A stretch of 64,000 bases of DNA from Chiloscyllium plagiosum (taxonomy: Eukaryota). The DNA lies in NCBI RefSeq assembly GCF_004010195.1, contig NC_057718.1, positions 1,502,881 to 1,566,880 on the forward strand, read 5' to 3'. Shown in pieces: positions 62,943 to 64,000 of this stretch. The position numbers and the translations under genes were made by a program. The first letter of the stretch is position 1. Every line of letters starts with the position of its first letter. The notes beneath the pieces are model-generated. The model did no database searches and was not told where the DNA came from. It was given only the letters and a program-made list of their open reading frames with translations.

Positions 62943-64000
62943 AGCCCATCTAACCTACACTATTCCATTCTCATCCATATGTGTATCCAATGACCATTTA
63001 AATGCCCTTAAAGTTGGCGAGTCTACTACTGTTGCAGGCAATGCATTCCATACCCCTATTACTCTCTGAGTAAAGAAACTACCTCTGACAGCTGTACAAT
63101 ATCTATCACCCCTCAATTTAAAGCTACATCCTCTCACGCTAGCCATTGCTATCTGAGGAAAAGGGCTCTCACTGTCTACCCTATGTAACTGTCAGGTTAT
63201 CTTGTATGTATCAATGAAGTCACCTCTCAATCTTCTTCTCTCTAACAAAAACAGCCTCACGTCCCTCAGCCTTTCCTCATAAGACTTTCCCTCCATACCA
63301 GGCAACATCCTCGTAAATCTCCTCTGAACCCTTTCCAAAGCTTCCACATCCTTCTATAATGCAGCGACCAGAACTGTATGCATCAATCCAAGTTGCGGCC
63401 TCACTAGAGTTTTGTACAGCTGCAGCTACAGATGATTTCATGGTTCTGAAACTCAATCTCTCTACCAATAAAAGCTGACACACCATATGCCTTCTTAACA
63501 ACTCTATCAAGCTAGGTGGCAACTTTCAAAGTTCAATGGACCTAGACACCAAGAGCCCTCTGCTCATCTACATGACCAAGAACCTTACCACTAGCCCAAA
63601 ACTCTGTATTCCTGTTACTCCTTCCAAAGTGAATGACCTCACACTTTTTTGCATTAAACTCCATTTACCACCTCTCAGCCCAGCTCTGCAGCTTGTCTAT
63701 GTCCCTCTGTAACCTACAATATTCTTCTGCACTATGCACAACTCTACCGACCTTAATGTCATCCACAAATTTACTAACCCATCCTTCTGCGCCCTCATCC
63801 AGGTCATTTATAAAAATGACAAACAGCAGTGGATCCAAAACAGATCTTTGTGGTACACCACGAGTAAATGACCTCCAGAATGAATATTTCCCTTCAACCA
63901 CCATCCTTTGTCTTCTTTCAGCTAGCCAATTTCTGATCCAAACCCCAAAATCACCCTCAATCCTATGCCTCTGTATTTTATGCAATAGCCTACCGTGGTG

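Larger units (their letters stand above)
62583..64000 (-). mobile_element. CR1 LINE 3' portion
   Basis: WIRNWLAERRQR, GVPQRSVLDPLLF, SKFVDDIK, FFTQRVIGVWNALP; (TTCTATG) tail. Confidence 0.9.

Overview
Repeat-dense vertebrate genomic DNA, most likely from a cartilaginous fish (inferred from HE1-type SINEs paired with HER1/CR1 LINEs). Two host genes lie on the + strand. The first is the last five coding exons of DNAJC27/RBJ (Rab-like GTPase plus J-domain, 34831-46241); its first two exons were not found and are probably upstream of the window. The second is the first coding exon (56400-57221) of a divergent ADCY8-type adenylate cyclase, sitting where mammals have ADCY3. Most other ORFs in the track are transposon debris: CR1 and Rex1/Babar LINEs, Gmr1-type Gypsy elements with integrase upstream of RT, a second Gypsy family, Tigger-like MITEs, tRNA-derived SINEs and at least three families of Penelope-like elements (PLEs). 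The most striking non-coding signal is a set of 220-290 bp palindromic PLE-terminus insertions flanked by 13-16 bp target-site duplications (TSDs), with a minimal hammerhead-ribozyme core (CUGANGA-stem II-GAAA-CGUC), intact or point-mutated, on each arm. Two N gaps fall inside young CR1 copies. All calls were made by eye without database searches; TE boundaries are approximate unless a TSD is quoted.
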